Source: Haliotis rufescens (lineage: Eukaryota). Taken from it: 64,000 bases of DNA. The stretch is taken from assembly GCF_023055435.1 (NCBI RefSeq), contig NW_025963891.1, forward strand, positions 5,828,001 to 5,892,000, read 5' to 3'. Positions 49,701 to 61,262 of this stretch are shown here, piece after piece; position 1 is the first letter of the stretch; every line of letters begins with the position of its first letter. Under the pieces are notes generated by a model. That model was not told the origin of the DNA. It ran no database searches and saw only the letters and a list, made by a program, of their open reading frames with translations. A program made the position numbers and the translations under genes.

Positions 49701-51289
49701 ACACTTTGGACAGGTAGGTGGTACACTTAGGACAGTTAGGTTGAATCTTTGGACAGGTAGGTGGTACACCTTGGACAGGTAGCGGGTACACCTTGGACAG
49801 GTAGGTGGTACACTTGGGACAGGTAGGTGGTACACTAGGGACAGGTAGGTGGTACACTAGGGACATGTAGGTGGTACACTAGGGACAGGTAGGTGGTACA
49901 CAAGGGACAGGTAGGTGGTACGCTTTGGACAGGCAGGTCATACACTTCGGACAGGTAGGTGGTACACTTGGGACAGGCTGGTGGTACACTTGGGACAGGT
50001 AGGTGATACACTTGGGACAGGTAGGTGGTAAAATAGGGACAGGTAGGTGGTACACAAGGGACAGGTAGGTGGTACACAAGGGACAGGTAGGTGGTACACA
50101 AGGGACAGGTAGATGGTACACTTCGGACAAGTAGGTGGTACACTTCGGACAGGTAGGTGGTAAAATAGGGACAGGTAGGTGGTACACAAGGGACAGGTAG
50201 GTGGTACACAAGGGACAGGTAGGTGGTACACAAGGGGCAGGTAGGTGGTACACTTTGTCTTTCTAGAACTATCATTAGTCAAGAATCTTTTTATCACCAT
50301 GGCTGATGTGTGAAAAAAATGTGTGTCAAATATATTATACTATTGAATAAAAGGGCAACTAATTTTAAGCAGCATGTAGGAAGAAGCCGCTATAGAAACG
50401 ATTATTAATGACGTTCATACATCACTGGTAGCATACAATGTCACAGATGCAATTGTCTTAAAATGTCAATATTGGATTCACCAAGGATCAATGACTAAGT
50501 TGCTATGGTTACTCTCCAGGAGGTCAACGGCGACCAGTTCGTGATGTACGACTTCGGCTCGGCATCTGCTAACATGGCCCACTACGGACAGGTTGGTGTT
50601 GAGGGAGTGTGTGAGTGAGTTGGGTTTAACGCACCTTGGAACAATATTTCTGTTATAAGGCGTTTCAACTTACTATTGAAGGAAAGCTCAAAGTGATGCA
50701 GGTATAGGAATTATAATGCTTTGTTGAATTCCAGAAGCACGGGAATATTATACCGACAAAGCTAGAACACAGTCAGAGCAAGTGGGATTCGAACCCTAGG
50801 TCATATGAGTGGGTTGATGGCGTGTGTGTGGTGGGGGTGGAGACATCGTGGTTCAGTGCGTAAAATCGCTTCATGTCATTAGAAATTAACACCTCTCCCC
50901 TCGGGGCCTTTTTATACAAGGCCAGTGTTTGGTAACCGTTGCAGTACCATAGCAACCGTTAAGCCGTCTGCGTCCACGTGTAGGATGTCGTCATTGTCTT
51001 GCCTTACCCTGCAGACTCAGATGCAGTCACATACACTAAAGGGCAATGATCTCTCTTCCAGGCCACGCCACCTGCCTACCGCCCGGATGAGATGGACGTG
51101 CCCGTGGTGTTGTTTAGCGGAGGAAAAGACTTCCTGGCAGACCCGGATGATGTCACGTGGATCCGGTCTCAGCTGAAGAACATTGTGGGAGATCACATGA
51201 TCCCTCACTGGGAACATTTGGACTTCATTTTGGCTCTGGACGCCCCATCTCTGTGTTATAATGAGATTAAAAGACTTGTATTTAGCTGA
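46713..51289 (+). CDS. Acid lipase type B copy 2 (LIPA/LIPF family), 399 aa
   Basis: Exons 46713-46832, 47300-47420, 48080-48275, 48441-48684, 49060-49206, 49576-49647, 50520-50591, 51062-51289; triad motifs intact. Confidence 0.92.
49636..50255 (+). repeat. 22-bp splice-donor minisatellite of lipase B2 (about 28 units)
   Basis: Same unit; starts at junction 49647/49648. Confidence 0.95.
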
Positions 51290-51745
51290 GACTTGCGCCA
51301 CGACCACGTACAGCCCAAGTCCAGAGTGTTGTTCTAATCATGGATCAATCCATGCAATAAAATAGTACAGTATTTGTTCGGCTCGTCACAATCTTAAATT
51401 GTATCTGCTGGTCTAATGTCACATATCCTAAGCTTTTAACAGTTTGCAAGAAAGGATTACAACATAGAAATAGAATAAGACATTATACGTATTGTAATAT
51501 ACGTAATATACGTACACCTATATACGTCTTGTAAACACTTCCGCCCGTGGTGATTTCGGGTCAACACTGGTCAACACACCTGCATGTTTCAATGTCACGA
51601 CATCTCTTCAAGGTCCCAATACAATAGTTAGTGACGTCACGTGTACAACAATAGAAACTCTACTACAAGGGTCATACCGTTTCAGCAGTATTTATGTTAG
51701 CTTGTTTTTGTCAGTGTTTGTATTTAAAGGATTATGTAAGGAAAG

Positions 51746-51999
51746 CTGTGAAGATCCGGGGTAGACTAGGTCTTCATCAACCTATGCTTGCCGTAAAAGG
51801 CGACTATGCTTGTGAGAGGAGATTAACGGGATCGGGTGGTCAGGCTCGCTGACTTGGTTGATGCATGTCATCGTATCCCAATGGCGTAAAATGATGCTCA
51901 TGCTATCAATCACTGGATTGTCTGGTCCAGATTCGATTATTTACACACCGCCGTCATATAACTGGAATATTGCTGAGTGTCGCGCTAAGCAACAAACAA
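51746..51999 (+). mobile_element. Short retroposon family 2
   Basis: Family consensus; candidate TSD ATGTAAGGA at 51734-51742 and 52000-52008. Confidence 0.85.
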
Positions 52000-52261
52000 A
52001 TGTAAGGAGATAAATATACACACTGATTTTTCAATAAATATGGGTGGGTGGGGGTGCTTTGCATTGGACAAGGAGAAGCACATTTTAAATTTTTTCACCT
52101 ACAAACTGTCTTTCATCTGTTTTTTTCTGTTAAATAGATCCATGCGCTATCGTACGTGGGAAACAAACATATTTGCATAAGTTTCCTGATTTGATTTGAC
52201 CTTGTCCTTGATCTAGGTCACTCCAGTATCGCACAGATTGCCGTGGCAATATACGTCCGTG

Positions 52262-55200
52262 ATGTTGTTTGCTGTGACTCTCTCACTTCTAGTGGTTACG
52301 GTCGCCTCCCTCTTTCCCCCGGGGCACTCCCCTTCCCCCCCAGCTGGGAGAGGACCCTGAGGTCGACATGAACGCCGTGAGTATACACTGACTCATTCTC
52401 TACGAGTAGATATACGCGTTACGGTCTGACCAGATTCGTCATTCTTAACGTATTCGTGATTTAATTAATATAATTGCATGTAACAAATTTTATATTTGGG
52501 ATAACACTTTCATGGTAAAGTACAGATTCTAGAAGGTTTTGGGGGTTGAGTCCCATCCGGGATTCTAACCAACACTGCCAGAGTGAGGCAGCGAAACTCA
52601 GCGATCTAACCCATTCAGCCCTCGGGAATTCCTCAAAATGAAAGTCCGACAACTGGTTGTCCATTTCACGTATTTTATGCACCCCTCTGACAAGTATAAC
52701 TTGGCACGGCTCTCATGGCCGAATGGCATTGTGTATTCATGTTTGCATGTGTTTTAAGAAGGACTTTGTAGTTTGTCTGATTAAGCCCTAAGCCCTGGTG
52801 CCTGGTTATTTAGTATCCCTGTTTTGTGCCATCTATATATAGAGCGGTGGCCTTAATAAAATATCTGTGTCGGTCTATCTCATTAAAATCCGATCTTATA
52901 TTCAGATACTAAACCTCTCTCTGGGTGAAAGATTATTTGAATGACAGTTTGCCCTGATCGAAATTAAGTTGTCAAATCCACATGGGAATGAGACCGCGAT
53001 GGTCATGTGTGTCTATATAACGAATTCTTCCAAGGTGTCATGAAGACCCAGAACCCAGATCTTTTGTGTCCAGACGGAGCTGATCACCAGCAAGGGCTTC
53101 CCGTGTGAGAACCACTACGTCACTACAGAAGACGGATTCATCCTCAACATGCAGCGGATCCCTCACGGCAGGGGAGACAACTCTTCGGGGACAGGTAACA
53201 GATGCGTCAAGGCCTTGTCCTTAAGATACAGGTAGATATTGAAAGTTCATCCTACATTTATCGTGTGCAAGCTAAGTTTTTTGGGTGTAGTTTTGGGTGG
53301 CGCAGATAGCACAGATACATCTTGATTTGTATGTTCATTAACTGCGCATTCAATATAGTGCTAGTCATCGTAGCCATAGAATCTGGTATAATTGTGTACC
53401 TGTTTACCTTTCAAATGTATAACAACAGGGAGTGGCGGGTGGTGTGAGTTTGTTTATCCACGTTATGTTACACTTCCGTCAGAACCAATTAAACTGACAT
53501 AATGCCCCAGAAGTTGAAATCTTGCTACTTCAGTCAGACCGGCGGTGATGCTACAGCATGGCCTTCTGGGAAGTGCCACCAACTACCTCGACAACCTCGC
53601 CAACGAGAGCCTCGCTTTCATCCTGGCCGACGCCGGCGCAGACGTGTGGCTGGGCAACGTGCGCGGGAACACTTACTCTCGTGCTCACAAGACGCTGAAA
53701 CCATCGGACGAGAAGTTTTGGGCATGGAGGCATGTGTGGCACTTTTTTGTCAAACAAATACTCGCGTGAGCAACTCCAAATAGAGTTCATAGAGACCACC
53801 TACCTCGATGAACCCCTGTCGTCTGTGAGTTTGGTTTAACACCGCTTAGAAGAGTATTTCAGTTATCACCGGCCTCTCACCTTGATGTGGGAGGAAAGCC
53901 CGAAGTGATGCAGGTCTAAGACGTTTACCACTTCGGTGCAACATACGAGCAAGAATGCATGCTGTGCTGACAAACCTAGAAACATTATCAGGGCCGGATT
54001 CGAACCCACGATCACATGTTTCTGGCGCACCTAGGGACAGCGATTTGCGGCGTCTTGGGGGAGTTTGGCTTCCTGTGCCCTATGTCGACAATGAAATAAA
54101 CATCAAAACAAAACACACGTAGATTTATCTACATTAAAGTGCGACGTCTGTAGCCTTTTTTAGTAAAAAGTTCACGGTTTATAAGAAATTAACCCATTAG
54201 CTTATGGCTTTGAACGACCATTTCAAGAACTCAGGGATAGTTTTCAACAATCAGGAACATTTGAATTTCTCTCTGGGTATTTCAGTTACGACGAGATGGC
54301 GAAGTACGACCTGCCCGCCATGATTGACTACATCGTACAGACGACCGGGCAGCCCCAGGTCCACTATGTCGGACACTCTCAGGGGACACTCATCGGCTTC
54401 GCGGGCTTCAGTCAGAACAAGACTCTGGGTCAGCTGGTCAAGACCTTCATCGCCCTGGCCCCAGTGGCGACCGTCGGGTACATCAAGAGTCCTCTCAGAC
54501 TTCTGGCGCCGTTCTCGAAGGAACTCGGTGTAAGGTTTAAGCTATTTGTTGAAACGTTTTGAAAATAATCCATGACATCCTGATTCTGTATCACTACTTG
54601 AGCAGGGCTGGAGGGTGGTTAGTAGCTGTTCACATCACTATATATACCTAAACACATGTGACCCATGAAGATCCGTGGTAGAATTGGGGTAGAACTCATG
54701 TTTGCCGTAAAAGGCGACTATGCTTGTCGTAAGAGTCGACTAACAAGATCGGTTGGTCAGGCTCGCTGACTTGGTTGTGCATCGTATCCCAATTGCGTGG
54801 ATCGATGCATAAGATGACAATCACTGGATTGTCTAGTCCAGACTCGATTATTTACAGACCGCCGTCATATAGCTGGAATATTGCTGAGTGCGGCGTTAAA
54901 CAAAAAAAACAACCAAGCAACTTCATAGGATGTGAACGTGTGTCCATCTGGGCGAATAGTGTTCTTGCACCACGTGTTCATGTATGGAGACATTTATCAA
55001 AATGAGATCAATGGCACGCGTAGATGGTTCAAAAAGTAAATGGTACGTGAATATCAGATCTTGTACTCTAATACGTCAAGCAGAGTGTAAATGATCTGAC
55101 GTTAATGAGATTTCATTGGAAGTGACGCTGAAATATGCTTATTTACAGACCGCCGTCATATAGCTGGAATAATGCTGAGTGTGAATACATGTATAACATT

Positions 55201-57133
55201 CTCCCTACAATACCATTAAACCTGCACGAAGGGACCCGAGTGCACCAAATGCAATAGCCGGAAGCACTCTGTAAATCTCCTATAACCATCAGCGCTTGAC
55301 TCTGGGTTTTGCAGGCTGCTATTGGGCTGTTCGGACATGGCGAGTTTCTACCCAGCATGGAGCTGACCACATGGTTTGCCGATGGCGTGTGTACCGATAT
55401 CCCCCTCATCTGTGCGAATGTCTTATTTGTGCTTGGAGGGTACGACTTCAAGGCGCTCAATATGGTACGTTAAGTTTTGAAAATGATATTATTCTTATAA
55501 AATATTTTCCCCGTCAAATATCCGTTCCAATATATTGGCCGCAACTGACTGTTTGCATCAGTGTTTCATAAACATACACATTAGTTTTTATTCATTATAT
55601 GAAATATATTCTACCCAACGTTTGAGATAAGTTGTACAATTTCCAATTTTGTTGTGTCATGGTGTATAGAATGGATATATCTTTATCAATATATATTACA
55701 TTAGTATCACGTTAATACGTGTGGCGTGTATACACGTGGTTAGCCCAGGAAATAGAGTTTTCCCGATCACGTTGAGCATCCTTTATGTTACATACGTTTT
55801 GTACACTGCGGGTAGAACCCCACTCACTCACTCACTCCGTGCCCCTTGCGTCTACAGTCCCGGGTCCCAGTCTACATAGCTCACAACCCCGCCGGCACGT
55901 CCGTACGGAACGTGATGCATTTCGCCCAGGTGAGCCAGACATATACACACAACTATACAGCTACTACTAAACAACTACAACTTCTACTACACAACTGTTG
56001 ACTGGGGTCAGTTTGGTTTCTTAGATATGGATCTTTAAGAGAAAGGTATGAGGACTTATAGAGAAGGCATCTGTAAAGCTTTCAAAACGGTTTGTGGTAG
56101 CCATGTAGAGGACATCTCCAAGTTTGACGCATCAGTGACAAGAATGATGTCAGATGCAATTCCCTATTTTGACTTGTACCATTTGTTCCCGTGTTTGTTC
56201 AGGTGAACAATGGACTTGCCTTTGCATGTGTTTGTGACGGATGCCACCGGTGGGGCAGGATACGCTCCCCTTTTCGCGAACATCTAGCATCCTCACTATT
56301 TGATAGTGATTCCTGAACACCTGCTCGTGATATAGTCGGGATCGTACAATCGGCTCTGCTTTTGGCAGAGATTTCTTATGAGTATGGAAATAGTTTTGTT
56401 GCTCTTTTATTCTTACAGCGGTCCTGTACATATGTATGTTTGTATTCCACCGCAGGGTGTCAATACGGACAAGTTCATGATGTTTGACTTCGAATCTGCG
56501 GCTGCCAACATGGAACATTATGGACAGGTGAATGAGTGAGTGAGTGAGTGAGTGAGTGAGGGTTTTATCGCCGCTTATATTAATATTCCCGTAACAAACA
56601 AGCAATAGGCTTCACATATTGTACCAAAATGGGGAATCGAACCCGGGAATTCGGTGAGATGGCAGAACAAGTCGAAACGTGTCCAGACGGACCTGGTAAC
56701 CTGGCTTACCTGTGGGTTCTTGAGATCCCCGTGTCTAAGTCGGGGAGCATATAGACAAGGGGGTGTTTAGCTGTGACACACCCAATTATCTTTATTTATC
56801 CCGTCGGCTCATTGTCATGAAGATGTTTTTAGTTTGATGACTACTACGAAAATATCTTTCTTCGTAACTGTTGAATATCCTCTGGGTGACCTGGTCCTGT
56901 TTCAGTCGACCCCGCCCCTCTACCACCCAGAGCGGATGGAAGTTCCGGTCGTGTTGTTTAGTGGCGATAGGGACTTCCTGGCTGACCCGACTGACGTCAC
57001 GTGGCTCCGATCCCAGCTGAAGACAACTGTGGCAGATCACGTGATACCTCACTGGGAGCACCTGGACTTTATCTGGGCAGAGGACGCACCAACCCTTTGT
57101 TATAAGGAAATTCAACGACTCGTGTTCAATTAA
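52262..57133 (+). CDS. Acid lipase type C (LIPA/LIPF family), about 398 aa if the exon-1 frameshift is an error; otherwise a pseudogene or leaderless form
   Basis: Exons 52262-52376 (115 nt, one extra C in run 52335-52341, giving TGA at 52358), 53074-53194, 53534-53729 (GC donor), 54286-54529, 55315-55464, 55858-55929, 56456-56527, 56906-57133. [13 protein letters not shown] and WEHLDF intact; exons 2-8 open. Confidence 0.82.
54661..54920 (+). mobile_element. Short retroposon family 2 in intron 4 of lipase C
   Basis: Family consensus; followed by about 210 bp shared with the flank of the 60557 copy. Confidence 0.85.
56531..56660 (-). mobile_element. Degenerate family-1 SINE in intron 7 of lipase C
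   Basis: (GAGT)n tail, GGCTTCACATATTGTACC, GGGGAATCGAACCCGGG. Confidence 0.7.
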
Positions 57134-57282
57134 AAGCAGAATGAGTTTTTATCAACTGACACGAACGTATGTCATATTTCCCACAGTTTTTGTGTGTGTT
57201 TGAGGAGTGAGTGAGTGAGTGAGTGAGTGAGAAGGAGCTATATTCCAACGATATCACGTCTAAGGAACCTCGATTCGTCATT

Positions 57283-57445
57283 CGTTTATTTGTTGTTTAA
57301 CGCCGCTCTTGGAAATGTCTCAGCTATATCACGGCGGCCTGTAACTAATTTTGAGTCTGGACCAGACAATTTAGTGATTCACACAGGCATCGATCTACGC
57401 AGTTTGGATACGATGCCATGCATCAACTAAGTCAGTGACCTCCGG
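57283..57445 (-). mobile_element. Short retroposon family 2, partial
   Basis: TTTGTTGTTTAACGCCGC...GAGTCTGGACCAGACAAT matches the reverse-complemented 3' half. Confidence 0.7.
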
Positions 57446-57844
57446 CCACAATCACTTTCCTTCTTTGCTATCTATAGTAACATGACCGCCCATCATAATT
57501 AATATCGGCCGTTTGCTGTTCTCCTGTCGCATGCTGACCAACCTACCACTTGTCACTTAAACTGCATGGTATGGACCTGGATCCAACATCTATAGATTTC
57601 GTGATAACCACTGTCAACAATGGTCACCGGACGTTTTGAGCCGAAACACACAAAACGGCCTTGAGCTTGGGGTCAAATCATGGGAAGCTGTGAATAATAA
57701 AAATTTACAACAAAAAATAATGTCTAATCTTTCACTTAAGCTGCCACAAGTCACTCTAAAAACAGTGGCACAGACTGAACAGCCCATTTAAACAGGGCAC
57801 AAAATTATCTGGTCTCAGGCGGGTTCGTGTTCTAGTCATGACTA

Positions 57845-58072
57845 GCATGGGTTGGCCCATGCTTGCCGTAAAAGGCGACTAACGGGATCGGTTGGTCAAG
57901 CTCGCTGACTTGGTTGATGCATGTCATCGATCTCAACTGCTTGTATCAATACTCATGATAGATTATTTTACAAACCGCCGCCATATAGCTGGAATATTGC
58001 GGAGTTAAACAACAAACAAAGAAACAAAGCATGGGTTGCTTAAGACCAATTCTAACCCGGATCTTCACAGGG
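57845..58072. mobile_element. Family-2 retroposon pieces in opposite orientations
   Basis: Plus-strand body about 57856-58026 followed by a minus-strand head at 58028-58072. Confidence 0.7.
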
Positions 58073-58386
58073 CGACGCCACACTCTGATGTGCTACCAGC
58101 TTCATTCCTAAACGTGTGTGCTAATCACTCAACTCCATGCCAACTACTGGAGGACGCATCTTTGATGCTGCTTTCAACCGATGTGCACAATGCATTCCTC
58201 AGTGCTGTATAGTTTATTTCAATTGGCAAACAATAAAAATATTGGGCAAAGTGACATAAAACAAATGTCATCATGAACATGTGTTGTTCCAAATGTGTAA
58301 TGGATTTAAACAATAATTGATGGTTAGATAATTGATATGGGGGATACATTTTCCCGAATTAACCTGCATCGCTGAATTCTACTCCG

Positions 58387-58667
58387 TGTGTGTGTGTGTG
58401 TCTGCTTGTACTAGTCCGGGCTGATGCCAATTTATAGTGCTAGCCCACTGAGATACCATGCCACAGTTTAACATGAATACACCACTCAGAGAGTATACTG
58501 ACTCCGAGCCGACCAGTCCTTGTTTTAGCCCTTTAATGCCGAGCGCACAGGGTAACAAGAAGTACCATCTTTTAACGTCTTTTGCATGGTGTGACGCGGC
58601 CGGGGATCGAACCTCGGACATTCCGTTCTCCGGGCGGAAGCCCTACTACTAGACCACGGAGGCGGCC
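58387..58667 (-). mobile_element. tRNA-derived SINE with Meta-type central domain
   Basis: Minus strand: GGTCTAGTAGTAG A box, GGTTCGATCCC B box, then GTCACACC...AAAGACGTTAAAAGATGGTACTT...GCGCTCGGCATTAA resembling the MetaSINE domain (recognised from memory); (AC)n tail. Confidence 0.75.
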
Positions 58668-58736
58668 AAAGGATGATAAATCTAATTCTCACATAAAGAA
58701 CGTCCATGCCAGAATTCACCGAACTGTATACTGTAT

Positions 58737-59122
58737 ACAGATTGAGAGTAGTGCCGTCATGTGGGGACAGACTGGGAGTAGTGCCGTCATGTGGGGACAG
58801 ATTGAGAGTAGTGCCGTCATGTGGGGACAGATTGAGAGTAGTGCCGTCATGTGGTGACAGACTGAGAGTAGTACCGTCATGTGGGGACAGACTGGGAGTA
58901 GTGCCGTCATGTGGGGACAGACTGAGAGTAGTGCCGTCATGTGGGGACAGACTGAGAGTAGTGCCAGCATGTGGGGACAGACTAGGAGTAGTGCCGTCAT
59001 GTGGGGACAGACTGGGAGTAGTGCCGTCATGTGGAAGACAGCCTGGGAGTAGTGCCGTCATGTGGGGACAGACTGGGAGTAGTGCCGTCATGTGGGGACA
59101 GACTGGGAGAAGTGCCGTCATG
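58737..59122. repeat. 30-bp minisatellite, about 13 units
   Basis: Unit ACAGACTG(G/A)GAGTAGTGCCGTCATGTGGGG, head-to-tail with no spacers. Confidence 0.95.
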
Positions 59123-60556
59123 AAGTGGCGTTTTACTAGCGTGAAATATCGATTATACACTTTCAAATACATATACACAACACACCAGAACACCCTTGTT
59201 TTTATATGACTGCCATTGGTTGTGGGTATTGCAACGGTGTCGTCCCATCTTCCGGACGATTCATATGATTAGGGATCAATGATACGGTACGCCGATTTGC
59301 CGGTTAAAGTCTATATAACAGTGAGTAGTACACAGTTCCAGCCACACTGCCTTTACTGTGAACTTCAGACATACAATCCTTGATAATCACTGAACTCGAA
59401 TTAGGATAGGTGAAATTGGCGTCTACAATTAAAATAGGTACAGTTGGTGGACTTGAATTCAAACGAATATATTGACTGAATTATTGCAGGATGTCACTTA
59501 GTATAGCAGCATATTCATGAGACTTGTAGACATTCTAGTTAATTGCCAAAGGCAAACCGTGAACGCACTTCGAATTCACGAGAAGGCAGACACTTGGTCC
59601 ATTCTGGATGTGAGGATAGAGGGAAATGTACCAATGGCTTGCGGGTGATACTGCGAGCGTTAGATTAGGTTTTATAGCTAACGACGGACGCATAAAACCA
59701 CATGCACCCCGAGTGTTCCTGCTACAATGAATGTATCCTACCGACATGTTATAATCTTCCATTGTGAGAGAATTAAAGCAAATTCAAAATTGATAGTAAA
59801 CAGATGTTCGATTGAGCTGAGGTGAACTTGTGCTATGTCACGTGACTTTCATTGACTCGGAAAAAGCTTTTTTCTTCAAAGCTTGCTTATAAGGATTTAT
59901 TCTCCCGCTCAGAAATCCACATGCAGCCTGTCTTCTTCGTGGCGAGGTATTACGATTTATTCTCCCTCTCAGAAATTTCTTTCCCTCCTAGACGGGATAC
60001 ATAGCATTTTATCAAGATCACGTTAGCCAATCAGATCTCATCATTCTGACATGGAAGTACGATAAAGTATTTTATCAAGACCACGTGAACAATCAGATTT
60101 CAACATTCTGACATAAAGGCGGTTGTAATCAGTCACGCGGGATTAACCATACCACAGATTAACCTTGTTTCTCCACGGCTTTAGGCAAATTGAGTTTGTG
60201 GTCATTATGAGAGGGGAATGAACCGAGTGTTTATGCTTACTAGTGATGAAGTGAATCTCTCCCTTAATGGTCTTATAGATAAGTCTGACCTGGCAGTCTT
60301 TTTCAATGTCACCTCTGAGTGTATCACAACTCTATATCACCTGTGTGACCATGCAAATTCCATATCCTTGAAATCACACTAATCTGTCGTCGACCAGAAA
60401 ATCGAGTGATTGATGTTGTGAATAACGATCCACGCCGTCGGCGTACGAGGACACGCAATCCTAATCCTATTCTAACCCGGAATCCCACGAGGTCCGTCGT
60501 TAAGAATCAGCAACGTGTATGAGTGAGTTTCCCACCTAGCTATGCATTGCTTGTCC

Positions 60557-60811
60557 ACTCGTGAAGATCAGGGTACAATAGGTCTTCAGCAGCCCATGTG
60601 CTTACCGTAAAGGCGACTGTGCTTGTCGTAAGAGGCGACTATCGGGATCGGGTGGTCAGGCTCGCTGACTTGGTTGATACATGTCATCGTATCCCAATCG
60701 ATGCTCATGATATCAATCACTGGATTGTCTGGTCCAGACTCGATTATTTACAGACCGCCGTCATATAGCTGGAATATTGCTGAGTGCGGCGTTAAACAAA
60801 AAACCAACCAA
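60557..60811 (+). mobile_element. Short retroposon family 2
   Basis: Full family consensus including duplicated TGCTTG(C/T)CGTAA(G)AGGCGACT. Confidence 0.85.
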
Positions 60812-60983
60812 CTTCATAGGATGTGAACGAGTGTCCATCTGGGCGAATAGTGTTCTTGCACCACGTGTTCATGTATGGAGACATTTATCAAAATGAGATC
60901 AATGGCACGTGTAGATGGTTCAAAAAGTAACATGGAAGTTCGTGGTACGTGAATATGAGATCTTGTACTCTAATACGTCAAGC

Positions 60984-61262
60984 GGGGGCACGGGTGGCCC
61001 AGTCGTCTAAGGCGCCGCGATTCGCTGCGCAGGGTTGCGTCCCTTGGGCACGCCAGAAACCTATGATTGTGGGTTCGAATCCCGGTTCGCCCCGATTATG
61101 TTTCTAGGTTTGTCAGCACCATACCCGTGCTCGTGGGTTTCACCGAAGTGGTAAACGTCAGAGACCTGCATCACTTCGGGCTTTCCTCCCACATTAAGCT
61201 GACACGCCGTGATATAACTGGAATACTGTTAAAAGCGGCGTTAAACCCAACTCACTCACTCA
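60984..61262 (+). mobile_element. tRNA-derived SINE (family 3, V-domain-like body), recent full-length insertion
   Basis: A box TGGCCCAGTCG, B box GGTTCGAATCC, GTGGGTTTC...TTTCCTCCCAC body, (CTCA)n tail; TSD CTAATACGTCAAGC at 60970-60983 and 61263-61276; empty sites at about 33546 and 55068. Older minus-strand copies at about 53825-54060, 32015-32215 and 50605-50805. Confidence 0.9.

Noticed and set aside
52358-52360. Stop read-through or selenocysteine at the TGA in lipase C exon 1
   Set aside because: The downstream conserved EDPEVDMNA is in another frame, so the lesion is a frameshift.
58525-59209. Repetitive ORFs, or a CRISPR-like array
   Set aside because: 30-bp head-to-tail minisatellite with no unique spacers and no cas genes, in eukaryotic DNA.
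60984-61095. tRNA gene (Leu/Ser-like A and B boxes)
   Set aside because: No closed cloverleaf; it is the head of a SINE with TSDs and empty paralogous sites. The same applies to 4300-4386 and 58590-58667.
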